DNA from: Steroidobacteraceae bacterium
GTDB taxonomy: Bacteria; Pseudomonadota; Gammaproteobacteria; Steroidobacterales; Steroidobacteraceae
Assembly: GCA_035761265.1 (NCBI GenBank)
Contig: DASTRL010000250.1
Span: 4,166-68,165 of the forward strand
Length of the DNA: 64,000 nt
Reading direction: 5' to 3'
Shown here piece after piece: positions 1 to 9,428 of the stretch. Position numbers and translations under genes: made by a program. Position 1 is the stretch's first letter. Each line of letters opens with the position of its first letter. The notes under the pieces were generated by a model. The model saw only the letters and a program-made list of their open reading frames with translations, was not told where the DNA came from and did no database searches.

Positions 1-1437
1 TGCTACGCCGGCGTGCTCGCCGCGCTGCTCGACCTGGATGTCGAGAAGATCCGCGGGCTGCTCGCCGAGACCTACGCGAAGAAGCCGCAGCTCGTGGACT
101 CGAACATGAAGGCCATCCAGCTCGGCTACGAGTACACCAAGGCGAACTTCGCCTGTCCGTTGCCGCTCAGGGTGCAGAAGCTCGACAAGACCCGCGGCCA
201 CGTCATGATCGACGGCAATACGTCGGCGGCGTTGGGTTGCATATTTGCCGGCGCGACCGTGGGCGCCTGGTATCCCATCACGCCTTCGACCTCGTTGATG
301 GACGCCTTCAAGAGCTTCGCCGACAAGCTGCGTGTCGATCCGGAAACCGGCAAGAAGAATTTCGCCTTCATCCAGGCCGAGGACGAACTGGCCGCCATCG
401 GCATGGTGCTCGGCGCCTCGTGGAATGGCGCGCGCGCGTTCACGGCCACGAGTGGCCCTGGCGTCTCGCTGATGAACGAATTCCTGGGACTCGCGTATTA
501 CGCCGAGGTACCCGCGGTGCTGTTCGACATCCAGCGCGTGGGACCGTCCACCGGCATGCCGACACGCACGCAGCAGTGCGACATCATGGAAGCGGCCTAT
601 GCATCGCACGGCGACACCAAGCACGTCTGTCTCTACCCGCGCGATCCGGAGGAATGCTTCTACTTCGCGCGCGATGCCTTCGATCTGGCCGAGCGGCTGC
701 AGACGCCGGTGATGGTGCTCTCCGATCTCGACATCGGCATGAACGACTGGATGTGCCCGGACCTGAAATGGGACGACGCCTACGTGCCCGATCGCGGCAA
801 GGTGCTGTCGAAGGACGAGATCCTCAAGCTCGAGAAATTCCACCGCTATCTCGACGTGGACGGCGACGGGATTCCGTATCGCACGCTGCCCGGCGTGCAT
901 CCCAAGGCCGCGTACTTCACGCGCGGTTCGGGCCACACGCAGTATGGCGGCTACACCGAGGATTCGGCCGAGTACCAGATCGTGCTCGACCGCCTCACGC
1001 GCAAGTTCCACACCGCGAAGCGCCTGGTGCCCAGGGCTGCGATCGAGCACGACCCGCAGATCGACATCGGGCTCGTCGCCTACGGCAGCTCGGACGGCGC
1101 GGTGCGCGAGGCGCGTGACATCCTGTCCGCGCACGGCCTCACGACCAACTACATGCGGCTGCGCGCGTTCCCGTTCGGCGAGGACGTGGAGAAGTTTCTC
1201 GAGGCGCACAGGCTCATCTTCGTCATCGAGCAGAACCGCGACGCGCAGATGCGCTCGCTGCTGACGCTCGAGACGCGCGTGGACAAACACAAGCTGCGAT
1301 CGCTGCTGCACTATAGCGGCCTGCCGATCTCCTCCGAGTTCATCGTCAAGGGTGTCCTGGCGGAAGTCGAGCCCAAGACCCGCAAGCCCGAGGTCGTCGC
1401 CGCGCCGGCCGCCAAGACCTCCGGAGGTGTGGCATGA
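1..1437 (+). CDS. korA: 2-oxoacid:ferredoxin (acceptor) oxidoreductase alpha subunit, 5' end outside window
   Basis: The reading frame is open from nt 1. The translation has the KorA-type block GNTSAALGCIFAGATVGAWYPITPSTS. Its stop overlaps the start of the beta subunit (ATGA at 1434-1437). Confidence 0.9.
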   Translation, partial: CYAGVLAALLDLDVEKIRGLLAETYAKKPQLVDSNMKAIQLGYEYTKANFACPLPLRVQKLDKTRGHVMIDGNTSAALGCIFAGATVGAWYPITPSTSLMDAFKSFADKLRVDPETGKKNFAFIQAEDELAAIGMVLGASWNGARAFTATSGPGVSLMNEFLGLAYYAEVPAVLFDIQRVGPSTGMPTRTQQCDIMEAAYASHGDTKHVCLYPRDPEECFYFARDAFDLAERLQTPVMVLSDLDIGMNDWMCPDLKWDDAYVPDRGKVLSKDEILKLEKFHRYLDVDGDGIPYRTLPGVHPKAAYFTRGSGHTQYGGYTEDSAEYQIVLDRLTRKFHTAKRLVPRAAIEHDPQIDIGLVAYGSSDGAVREARDILSAHGLTTNYMRLRAFPFGEDVEKFLEAHRLIFVIEQNRDAQMRSLLTLETRVDKHKLRSLLHYSGLPISSEFIVKGVLAEVEPKTRKPEVVAAPAAKTSGGVA

Positions 1438-2489
1438 CCTTCCTGCCGAAACCGAAAGTCCATCACCCCTCGTTGCCGAAGAATGCGCTCGGCCTGACAC
1501 GCCGCGACTATGAAGGGGGCCTCTCGACGCTGTGCGCGGGATGCGGCCATGACTCGATCACCGCGGCGATTATCGAGGCCACATGGGGTCTCGACATCGA
1601 GCCGCAGAACATGGTGAAGCTGTCCGGCATCGGCTGTTCGTCGAAGACCACCGCGTATTTCGTGAGCGGCGGGCACGGTTTCAATTCCGTGCACGGCCGC
1701 ATGCCGTCCATCGCGATGGGCGCGAATGCGGCCAACCGCAGTCTCACCTACGTGGGCGTCTCGGGCGACGGCGACACGCTGTCGATCGGCCTGGGACAGT
1801 TCTGCCACGCCATCCGCCGCAATCTGAACATGGCGTACATCATCGAGAACAACGGTGTGTACGGCCTCACCAAGGGACAGTTCAGCGCTTCCGCGGACGT
1901 CGGCACCAGGGCCAAGAAGGGCGAGGTCAACCAGCAGCCGCCGATCGATCCTGTGCTGCTGGCATTGACGCTGGGCGCGACCTTCGTGGCGCGCAGTTTT
2001 TCTGGCGACAAACAACAGCTCGTGCCGCTGATCCAGGCCGCCATCGCGCACAAGGGATTCGCGCTGATCGACGTGCTCTCGCCCTGCGTCACCTTCAACG
2101 ATCACGAAGGGTCGACCAAGAGCTATGAGTACACGCGCGAGCACTACGACGAGGCGGTGCACGCCGACTTCGTGCCGTTCCGCAAGGAGATCTCCGCCGA
2201 CTACTCGCCGGGCGATGCACTGCCCGTGGTGCTGCACGACGGCAGCCGGGTCCTGCTGCGCAAGCTGGATTCGAGCTACGACCCGACCGATCGCGGCGCC
2301 GCGACGGCCGCCATCCAGGAGCGCTTGAAAAAAGGTGAATTCCTGACCGGGCTCCTGTACCTGGATACCCAAGGCAAGGAGTTTCACGATGTCAATGAGA
2401 CACCGGCTATTCCGCTCAATCAGATTCCCCACGGGCGGTTGTCGCCGGGATCGGCTGCTCTCGCGAAAGTTCTGGCGCGATATCGTTAG
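1434..2489 (+). CDS. korB: 2-oxoacid:ferredoxin oxidoreductase beta subunit (TPP-binding)
   Basis: 351 aa with CAGCGH, GIGCSSK and SGDGD motifs typical of the TPP/FeS beta subunit. Translationally coupled to korA. Confidence 0.92.
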   Translation: MTFLPKPKVHHPSLPKNALGLTRRDYEGGLSTLCAGCGHDSITAAIIEATWGLDIEPQNMVKLSGIGCSSKTTAYFVSGGHGFNSVHGRMPSIAMGANAANRSLTYVGVSGDGDTLSIGLGQFCHAIRRNLNMAYIIENNGVYGLTKGQFSASADVGTRAKKGEVNQQPPIDPVLLALTLGATFVARSFSGDKQQLVPLIQAAIAHKGFALIDVLSPCVTFNDHEGSTKSYEYTREHYDEAVHADFVPFRKEISADYSPGDALPVVLHDGSRVLLRKLDSSYDPTDRGAATAAIQERLKKGEFLTGLLYLDTQGKEFHDVNETPAIPLNQIPHGRLSPGSAALAKVLARYR

Positions 2490-2540
2490 AGGCGCTATGT
2501 TTCGGCCCGAAATGAGGATTCGGCTGATCCAGGAGTCTCC

Positions 2541-2744
2541 ATGACCGAAGAAAAATCCCAGAAATTCACCAGCAAGGTGCGCCGTGGGCTCACCTGGGTA
2601 AGCACGGTGTCGTCCGCCGAGCTTGCGCGAGTCAAACAGGAAGCCGGCGGTGGCCGGATCCCGGGCATGACCGCCGCGCAGCTTTCGGACATCGAAGCCG
2701 CGCTGCTGTGGATCTCGCAGAACAAGGAAGAAGCGAATGGGTAA
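2541..2744 (+). CDS. small hypothetical protein (67 aa)
   Basis: ATG is preceded by AGGAG (2531-2535). The composition is coding-like. Its 3' end overlaps the start of the THX gene by 8 nt. No recognisable domain. Confidence 0.55.
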   Translation: MTEEKSQKFTSKVRRGLTWVSTVSSAELARVKQEAGGGRIPGMTAAQLSDIEAALLWISQNKEEANG

Positions 2745-2859
2745 GGGCGACCGGCGTACGCGGCGCGGAAAGTTGTACGCGGGTTCGTTTGGCAAGACCC
2801 GTCCGAAGGATCCCGCAAAGAAGAAAGCAAGAGCCGCAAAGGCGAAGAAGAAAGCCTAG
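2737..2859 (+). CDS. 30S ribosomal protein THX (40 aa)
   Basis: Hand translation gives MGKGDRRTRRGKLYAGSFGKTRPKDPAKKKARAAKAKKKA, the characteristic MGKGD-RTRRGK-F.GS.G..RPK signature of THX. An AAGGAAG RBS lies upstream. The ORF is below the 60-aa cut-off of the supplied track. A strong terminator follows. Confidence 0.8.
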   Translation: MGKGDRRTRRGKLYAGSFGKTRPKDPAKKKARAAKAKKKA

Positions 2860-2883
2860 CCAGACTGTCGATGCACAGGTCCC

Positions 2884-2914
2884 AAAGCCCGCCGCAAGGC
2901 GGGCTTTGTCATTT
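2884..2914 (+). terminator. Rho-independent terminator after THX gene
   Basis: AAAGCCCGCC-GCAA-GGCGGGCTTT hairpin (10-bp stem) followed by GTCATTT. Confidence 0.8.
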
Positions 2915-2933
2915 GGTGCGCTAACATTCCGCC

Positions 2934-4052
2934 GTGGCGCAGTTACGCATTCGCAAGCGCATTCGCTGGGGCCGCTGGATCCTCGCCATCCTGGTGCTCG
3001 CGATCGGCGGGTTCGCGCTGGCCATCAGCCACGATTCGGCCTGTCCGTCGCCCCCGAGGGTGGACGGCGAGAATCTCATGCAGGCCATCCACTACCGTTG
3101 CTACGGTCCGCCGGCGGTGCTGCAGCTCGAGCTCGACGCGCGTCCGGTCATCGAAGACCACATGCTGCTGATCAAGGTGAAGGCAGCGTCCGTGAATCCG
3201 CTCGACTGGCACTACATGCGCGGCGAGCCCTACATCATGCGCATGCAGGTGGGCCTCGGCGCCCCGCGGGATCCGCGCATGGGCGTGGATTTCTCCGGCA
3301 CCGTGGAAGCGGTGGGCAAGGCGGTCACGCGCTTCAGGCCAGGCGATGAGATTTTCGGCGGCGCCAGGGGCGCCTTCGCCGAGTACATCCGGGTGTCGGA
3401 AGACGATGCGATCGCCCGCAAGCCTGCTGGCGCCAGCCACGAAGAGGCGGCCGCGCTGCCCATCGCGGCGAGCACGGCCTTGCAGGCTTTACGTGACCAG
3501 GGGCACCTGAAGCCCGGGGAAAAGGTTCTCGTGAATGGCGCCTCGGGCGGCGTCGGCACCTACGCCGTGCAGATCGCCAAGGCCATGGGAGCCGAGGTCA
3601 CCGGAGTCTGCAGTACACGCAACGTGGACCTGGTGGCCTCGCTCGGCGCGGATCGCGTGCTCGACTACACGAACCTGGATTTTGTCCGGGACGCGGTCCG
3701 CTACGACCTGATCGTCGACACGGTCGGCAACCGCGATCTGCGCGACCTGCAGCAAGTACTCGCGCCCGGCGGCATCGCCGTGGTCGTCGGCGGCGCGGGC
3801 CGCGATCCGTGGATCGGTGCGCTGAGCGTGCCCATCAAGATCTCGACCTGGGGCCGGTTCGCGGACCGGCAGTTCAAGTTCTTCATCGCGGGGCTGAATT
3901 CGCGAGACCTGGAATATCTCGGCGAACTCATGGCATCGGGCCGGTTGCGATCGGTCATCGACCGGCGCTATCCACTGGCGCAGACGCCGGCGGCGGTGGC
4001 CTATGTGGAAGAAGGCCACGCGCGCGGCAAGGTCATCATCAGGGTGGACTGA
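2934..4052 (+). CDS. NAD(P)-dependent medium-chain dehydrogenase/quinone oxidoreductase family protein with N-terminal membrane anchor
   Basis: MDR-type sequence (YGPPAVLQLE, VKAASVNPLDW, GASGGVGTYAVQIAK). The GTG start gives a basic stretch plus a hydrophobic helix. An alternative start is Met49 at 3078. Confidence 0.85.
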   Translation: MAQLRIRKRIRWGRWILAILVLAIGGFALAISHDSACPSPPRVDGENLMQAIHYRCYGPPAVLQLELDARPVIEDHMLLIKVKAASVNPLDWHYMRGEPYIMRMQVGLGAPRDPRMGVDFSGTVEAVGKAVTRFRPGDEIFGGARGAFAEYIRVSEDDAIARKPAGASHEEAAALPIAASTALQALRDQGHLKPGEKVLVNGASGGVGTYAVQIAKAMGAEVTGVCSTRNVDLVASLGADRVLDYTNLDFVRDAVRYDLIVDTVGNRDLRDLQQVLAPGGIAVVVGGAGRDPWIGALSVPIKISTWGRFADRQFKFFIAGLNSRDLEYLGELMASGRLRSVIDRRYPLAQTPAAVAYVEEGHARGKVIIRVD

Positions 4053-4115
4053 GCAGCCGTTTGGCCCGAGTCGATGCGCGCTTGCGGCGCCGTATCCGCC
4101 TGGCCGCGCCCGGGC

Positions 4116-5213
4116 TCATTGCGCGGCCGTGACGCGCAACGCCTTGATCCCACGGTACTGGTGCACCAGTTCCAGCGCTGTCTTGTGGCCGGGCGGCAGC
4201 TCGACGTTGCTGGTGCCGAGCGGCGTCACGCGATCGCCCCATCGCACCACGTGGCCGGTGAACGTGAGACCGCCGCCGAACGAGGGCATGAGCAGCAGCG
4301 CATTCGGTTTCACGCGTCCTTCTTCCAATGCCTCGCACAGCGCCACGGGCACCGTGGCCGCGGACATGTTCCCGTAGCGGTGCACGTTGGTGAACACGCG
4401 CTCCATGGGCACGCCGGTCTTCTTGGCGACCGCCTCGATGATGCGCAGGTTGGCCTGGTGGGGCACGACCAGGTCGATATCCGCGGCGCTCTTGCCGATC
4501 TTCTTCAGGGCCTCGTCGCAGGCGAGAGTCATGCCGTGCACGGCCTTCTTGAAAATCTCCTGGCCCTCGAACTGCCATTCGGTCTGGCCCAGGATGCGGT
4601 TCTGGTGCGCGTAGCCCGCACCCATGCCATGCACGCGCAGGATCTCGCGTGACTCGCCGTAACAGCCGAGACGCTCGGCCAACAAGCCTTCCTCGCGGTC
4701 GGTGGCCTCGAGCACGACGGCGGCCGCGCCGTCGCCGAACAGCACGGCGACATTGCGATCCGACCAGTCCATGAAGGGCGAGATGATCTCCGAGCCGATG
4801 ACCAGCGCATTGTTGACCACGCCGGTGCGGATCATCGCTGTCGCGGTCGACAGCGAATACAGGAAGCTCGTGCAGGCCGTGTTCACGTCCATGGCGGCGC
4901 AGCCCTCCGCGCCGATGCGGCGCTGGATCCCGGAGGCCACGTTCGGGACCTGGTCGTCATAGCTCGTGGTGCCGACCACGATGAGCTCGATCCGGCGGCC
5001 TTCGATTCCGGCGCAGGCCAGCGCGCGAGCAGCCGCGACGTACGAAAGCTCGCCCAGCGGTACGTGCGAGATGCGCCGTTCACGAATACCGGTGCGGGTG
5101 AAGATCCACTCGTCGCTGGTGTCGAGAAAGGTGGCGAGATCCGCATTGCTGAGCACGGCGGGAGGCATGCACTTGCCCCATCCTGTGATGGCAGCGTGTC
5201 GCAGGGTTGGCAT
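4116..5213 (-). CDS. fabH: 3-oxoacyl-ACP synthase III family (FabH-like) with C-terminal extension
   Basis: Catalytic motifs are present: ACTSFLY (Cys), VPHQANLRI (His), RYGNMSAAT (Asn). Start chosen at ATG 5213 (MPTLRHAAITGWG) rather than the TTG at 5237 in the track. Confidence 0.88.
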   Translation of the reverse strand: MPTLRHAAITGWGKCMPPAVLSNADLATFLDTSDEWIFTRTGIRERRISHVPLGELSYVAAARALACAGIEGRRIELIVVGTTSYDDQVPNVASGIQRRIGAEGCAAMDVNTACTSFLYSLSTATAMIRTGVVNNALVIGSEIISPFMDWSDRNVAVLFGDGAAAVVLEATDREEGLLAERLGCYGESREILRVHGMGAGYAHQNRILGQTEWQFEGQEIFKKAVHGMTLACDEALKKIGKSAADIDLVVPHQANLRIIEAVAKKTGVPMERVFTNVHRYGNMSAATVPVALCEALEEGRVKPNALLLMPSFGGGLTFTGHVVRWGDRVTPLGTSNVELPPGHKTALELVHQYRGIKALRVTAAQ

Positions 5214-5235
5214 GACGGGAGGATAGACGCCTGGC

Positions 5236-5287
5236 AAAAAGGGGGACAGTCCCGGTTTCCCAGGAAAGGGGGACTGTCCCCCTTTTT
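5236..5287. repeat. imperfect palindromic intergenic element (25-nt arms, 2 mismatches)
   Basis: AAAAAGGGGGACAGTCCCGGTTTCC-CA-GGAAAGGGGGACTGTCCCCCTTTTT lies between the divergent fabH-like and ppa genes. It shares the CCG(G)TTTCC and AAAGGGG(G)AC sub-motifs with the element at 5940-6032. Confidence 0.8.
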
Positions 5288-5305
5288 CCCCTAGACTACG
5301 CGCCC

Positions 5306-5938
5306 ATGACTGAGCACAACTTTTCCCGCTGGCGCCCGCATCCCTGGCATGGCCTGGATCTCGGCGAGGACGCGCCGCGTATCGTCAATGCCTACATCGA
5401 GATCACGCCCTTCGACGTCATCAAGTACGAGATCGACAAGGTGTCGGGTTACCTGCGCGTGGACCGGCCGCAGCGCACGACCTCACAGCCGCCGGCACTC
5501 TATGGATTCATCCCGCGCACCTACTGTGGCACGCGCATCGCGAAGCTCGCGCCGGGCTGCGAACGCGGCGACGGCGATCCACTCGACATCTGCGTGATCA
5601 GCGAGCGGCCCATCGAGCGCTCGGAAGTGCTGCTGCGCGCACGCGTCGTCGGGGGCATCAAGCTCATCGACCGGGGCGAAGCCGACGACAAGATCATCGG
5701 CGTGCTCGAGGGCGACTATGTCTGGGATCACGTCAAGGACATCTCGCAGCTGGCGCCGGTGCTGGTCGAGCGGCTCGAACACTATTTCAGCACCTACAAG
5801 CTGGTTCCCGGAGAACCTAACAAGCTGCACATCGCGGGCAAGTACGGCTATGAACATGCCAAGGCGGTGGTCGAAGCCGCGCGCGAGGACTACCTGGAGT
5901 CGTTCGGCAGCCTCACCGAGGACCGGCGGCGCTCCTGA
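5306..5938 (+). CDS. ppa: inorganic pyrophosphatase (family I)
   Basis: 210 aa with family I PPase blocks ([36 protein letters not shown]). Confidence 0.93.
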   Translation: MTEHNFSRWRPHPWHGLDLGEDAPRIVNAYIEITPFDVIKYEIDKVSGYLRVDRPQRTTSQPPALYGFIPRTYCGTRIAKLAPGCERGDGDPLDICVISERPIERSEVLLRARVVGGIKLIDRGEADDKIIGVLEGDYVWDHVKDISQLAPVLVERLEHYFSTYKLVPGEPNKLHIAGKYGYEHAKAVVEAAREDYLESFGSLTEDRRRS

Positions 5939-5939
5939 C

Positions 5940-6032
5940 GAAATGGGGACATTCTCCGTTTCCTAGCAAAAGGGGACACACCTGAAAGAGGTGTGTCCCC
6001 TTTTGCTAGGAAACGGAGAATGTCCCCATTTC
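5940..6032. repeat. perfect 44-bp inverted repeat with 5-nt loop (possible bidirectional terminator / REP- or MITE-like element)
   Basis: The left arm (5940-5983) is GAAATGGGGACATTCTCCGTTTCCTAGCAAAAGGGGACACACCT and the loop is GAAAG. The right arm (5989-6032) is its exact reverse complement. It lies between the convergent ppa and the membrane-protein gene. Confidence 0.9.
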
Positions 6033-6393
6033 AGCGATGACGCAGGAACCGCATGAGCGCCGCGGCCACGAGCGCCGCGGCCGGCGCGAGGAACCAGGAC
6101 AGCGCCACGAACTGCGCTGGCAAGGGGCTCGCGAACGCGAAGCCGAGGAGCAGTGAAGGGATGCCGGCGAGCAGTCCATGCAGGAACGGGCTGTTGGCTC
6201 CCAGCACACCGGCCCATACACCGGAGAGGAACTGCACCAGCGCCCAGGTGGCGGCCATGCGTGCATCGGACGCTCCGCCCATGGCGAACAACACCAGGAG
6301 CGCGCCGCCGGCGCTGATGATGCCGCTCACCAGCAGCGCACCGGCGCGCAGGCCGCGTACCGGCTCGGGAGATTTCACGGGCTGAGTCTGCAA
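6031..6393 (-). CDS. small multi-pass membrane protein, function unknown
   Basis: 120 aa with three to four hydrophobic segments rich in Gly/Ala/Leu. The stop overlaps the last 2 nt of the palindrome. Confidence 0.6.
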   Translation of the reverse strand: MQTQPVKSPEPVRGLRAGALLVSGIISAGGALLVLFAMGGASDARMAATWALVQFLSGVWAGVLGANSPFLHGLLAGIPSLLLGFAFASPLPAQFVALSWFLAPAAALVAAALMRFLRHR

Positions 6394-6544
6394 ATGAGCG
6401 CCTCGGGATCGAATTCCGCACCGACGAGGCGTTCATTGTGCCAGCGCGCGGCGAAGGGCACTGCGGAAATCCGGGTACCGGCATTGCCGCACGCATGCGC
6501 GTCCCGTGCGCAAATCCCCGGCAGTTGCGCTACCGTGTGCTCCC

Positions 6545-8650
6545 ATGAAATACCTGTCATTTCTGCTGTTGCTTGCCGCGCTGATTTTCAGCGACGCGGT
6601 CGGCGCCGCCGACAAGCGCATCCCGACCCACGAAGACATCTGGTTGATGAAGCGTGTCGGTTCGCCGCAGGTGAGTCCGGATGGGCGCTGGGTGATCGTC
6701 TCCGTGGTCGAGCCTTCCTACGAGGACAACGAACAGCTCAGCGACCTGTGGCTCATCGATACCACCGCGCGCAATTCCAGCCGGCGCCTGACCTCGACGC
6801 GCCGGCCCGAGGTCGGCGTCGTGTGGAGCCCCGACAGCCGCCGCATCGTCTTCAGCGCGCAGCGCGACCTCGACGACGTGCCGCAACTCTATTCACTGGA
6901 TCTGGCGGCGGGCGGTGAGGCGCAGCGCCTCACGAATCTTTCCGGCGGCGCGCGTGTGCCGGTGTTCTCGCACGACGGCCGCTACATCGCCTTCGTTTCG
7001 CTGATGTACCCGGGCGCCACCGACGATGCGAGCAACAAGGCGCTGATCGAGGCGCGCCGCGCGCGCAAGTCCAGCGCCCGCATCTTCGATGGGTTCCCGG
7101 TGCGCAATTGGGATCGTTGGATCGACGAGCGGCAGCTGCACATCTTCGTGCAGGCGCTGGACGACGCCGGCCTGTCGGTCGGCCCGCCGCGCGACCTGCT
7201 GCTCGGGACCCGGCTGCTCGCCAACCCAGGCTTCTCCGGCCGCCAGACGGACGTGGGCGAGGACATGGAGATAGAGTTCACGCCGGACAACCAGTCCATC
7301 GTGTTCACGGCCACCGCCAATCGCGACAAGTCGGCGTATGCGTTCACGAATGCGGACCTGTTCATCTGCAGCATTTCGGGCGGCGAGCCGCGCGCGCTGA
7401 CGCAGGGTACGGCGAGCTGGTCCATGCCGCGGTTCACGCGCGACGGCCGCGCGCTGCTGGCCATCGCCGAGGAGCAGGGCCCGGCGGTCTACAACGCGCA
7501 GCGGCTCGCGGCCTTTTCCTGGCCGGATGTCGGCAGGCCGCGCATCATTACCGAAGGCTTCGATCGCGCCGTGAGCAGCTACGCGATCAGCCCCGACTCG
7601 GACGTCGTGTTCTTCACGGCCGAGGATGCCGGCAACGAGAAGCTGTTCTCGGTGCGCATCGGCCGCGGCACGGTCCAGCCGCTCGCCAGCACGATCCGCG
7701 GCTCGCTGAGCAATCTGGCGATCCCGGAGCGGGCCAGGAATACGGTGATGTTCGCGAACTTCGAGAACGCCGGCACACCGGGAGAAATCGCCGTGATCAC
7801 GCCCTCCGGCCAGATCCTGATGCTCACCAAGTTCAACACCGCGCGCGCCGAGCAGCTCGACCTGCCACCGATCGAGGACTTCTGGTTCACGTCGAGCCGC
7901 GGCAAGCGCATCCAAAGCTTCATCGTGCGGCCGCCGCATTTCGATCCCGCGAAGAAATATCCGCTGTTCGTGCTGATCCATGGCGGGCCGCACGGCATGT
8001 GGCGCGACCAGTTCTTCGTACGCTGGAACTACCACCTGCTGGCGGCGCCGGGATACGTGCTGCTGCTGACCAACTACTCGGGATCCACCGGCTTCGGCGA
8101 GAAGTTCGCGCAATCCATCCAGGGCGACCCGTTCAAGGGCCCCGCCGACGAGATCAACGAGGCGGCCGACGCCGCCATCCGCCGGTTCGCCTTCATCGAC
8201 GGCAGCCGCCAGTGCGCCGGCGGCGCGAGCTATGGCGGGCACCTCGCCAACTGGCTGCAGGGGACCACGACGCGCTACAAGTGCCTGATCAGCCATGCGG
8301 GACTCGTGAACCTCGAGTCGCAATGGGGTACCAGCGACACTATCTACCTGCGCGAGGTCAACTCGGGCGGGCCACCCTGGGAACAGGGGCCGGTGTGGCG
8401 CGAGCAGAACCCGATCCGCCTGGCGGCGAATTTCCGCACCCCGGTGCTGGTGACCGTGGGCGAGCAGGATTTTCGTGTGCCGCTGAACAACGCGCTGGAA
8501 TACTGGGCGGCGCTGCAGCGCATGCGGGTGCCGAGCCGGCTCATCGTGTTTCCCGATGAAAATCACTGGATTCAGAAGGGCGAGGACAGCAAGCTCTTCT
8601 ATGCGCAGATCGCGGCCTGGCTGGATCGCTGGCTGAAGTCCGGCCACTGA
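6545..8650 (+). CDS. secreted S9 family serine peptidase (prolyl oligopeptidase / acylaminoacyl-peptidase type)
   Basis: Signal peptide MKYLSFLLLLAALIFSDAVGA, an N-terminal beta-propeller-like region and a C-terminal alpha/beta hydrolase domain with GASYGGH (nucleophile Ser). Start moved to ATG 6545. Confidence 0.9.
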   Translation: MKYLSFLLLLAALIFSDAVGAADKRIPTHEDIWLMKRVGSPQVSPDGRWVIVSVVEPSYEDNEQLSDLWLIDTTARNSSRRLTSTRRPEVGVVWSPDSRRIVFSAQRDLDDVPQLYSLDLAAGGEAQRLTNLSGGARVPVFSHDGRYIAFVSLMYPGATDDASNKALIEARRARKSSARIFDGFPVRNWDRWIDERQLHIFVQALDDAGLSVGPPRDLLLGTRLLANPGFSGRQTDVGEDMEIEFTPDNQSIVFTATANRDKSAYAFTNADLFICSISGGEPRALTQGTASWSMPRFTRDGRALLAIAEEQGPAVYNAQRLAAFSWPDVGRPRIITEGFDRAVSSYAISPDSDVVFFTAEDAGNEKLFSVRIGRGTVQPLASTIRGSLSNLAIPERARNTVMFANFENAGTPGEIAVITPSGQILMLTKFNTARAEQLDLPPIEDFWFTSSRGKRIQSFIVRPPHFDPAKKYPLFVLIHGGPHGMWRDQFFVRWNYHLLAAPGYVLLLTNYSGSTGFGEKFAQSIQGDPFKGPADEINEAADAAIRRFAFIDGSRQCAGGASYGGHLANWLQGTTTRYKCLISHAGLVNLESQWGTSDTIYLREVNSGGPPWEQGPVWREQNPIRLAANFRTPVLVTVGEQDFRVPLNNALEYWAALQRMRVPSRLIVFPDENHWIQKGEDSKLFYAQIAAWLDRWLKSGH

Positions 8651-8669
8651 AGGAAAGAGAGCAAGGGAC

Positions 8670-9428
8670 TTGTCGGACGAGTGGGACTACTACTTCGCGC
8701 GGGTCAACGATGCGGTGGCATCGATCTTCGTCGACCTGGGGATCCGGCCGGAGGCGCCGATCGAAGCGCGACCGTGGCTGCTGTGGGTGTGGATCACGCT
8801 CGCGCACCCGAAGCCGGACGGACTCGCCACCAATGAGGAATCCAGGATTCTCAACGAGATCGGCGCCTCGCTGGACGCGATGATTTCCGCAACCTGCGGT
8901 GCGCAGATGGTGGGGCGCATCACCGGCGGCGGGCGGCGCGAGATCTATTTCTACGGCGCCGAGCCGGGAGAGCTGGAAGGTGCCGCCGCGCAGGCCCTGA
9001 AGTCGTTCCCGGACTATCGATACGAAACCGGCAGCGCGTTCCAGCCGGAGTGGGAACACTACCTGGAGCTTTTGTATCCCTCGGCGACGAACCTGCAACG
9101 CATGCAGAACCGCCGGCTGCTGGAGGAGCTGGCCTCGCAGGGCGACGTGCACGAGCTGCCGCGCAAGGTGGATCACTGGCTGTACTTCGCCGACGAGGAC
9201 GGCCGCGCCACCTGCCGCGACACGCTCACGGCCATCGGTTTCGAAGTGGAAGACGAAGCCGTGGCCGAGGAGGAGGGCGAGCACCTGCCGTTCTCGCTGG
9301 TGGTCTCGCGCGTGGACAGCGTCGATACGCACTCGATCAACGGCATCACGCTCGAGCTGGCGCGTCTCGCCGGTGAGCACCGCGGCGACTATGGCGGCTG
9401 GAGTTGCGAGGCGACTAGAGAGTCCTGA
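8670..9428 (+). CDS. DUF695 / RraB (ribonuclease E inhibitor)-like two-domain protein
   Basis: 252 aa with a TTG start. The N-terminal half resembles DUF695. The acidic C-terminal half (VDHWLYFADEDG...FEVEDE) resembles the RraB fold family. Confidence 0.7.
   Translation: MSDEWDYYFARVNDAVASIFVDLGIRPEAPIEARPWLLWVWITLAHPKPDGLATNEESRILNEIGASLDAMISATCGAQMVGRITGGGRREIYFYGAEPGELEGAAAQALKSFPDYRYETGSAFQPEWEHYLELLYPSATNLQRMQNRRLLEELASQGDVHELPRKVDHWLYFADEDGRATCRDTLTAIGFEVEDEAVAEEEGEHLPFSLVVSRVDSVDTHSINGITLELARLAGEHRGDYGGWSCEATRES

Noticed and set aside
5718-6266. ORFs 5718-5966 (+) and 6006-6266 (-) that both end in MGTFSVS
   Set aside because: The identical C-termini are an artefact of translating the two arms of the 44-bp perfect palindrome. 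Both ORFs otherwise overlap ppa or the membrane-protein gene out of frame.
6893-8647. 584-aa minus-strand ORF
   Set aside because: It is antisense to the S9 peptidase, which has a signal peptide and catalytic motifs. It is a shadow ORF.
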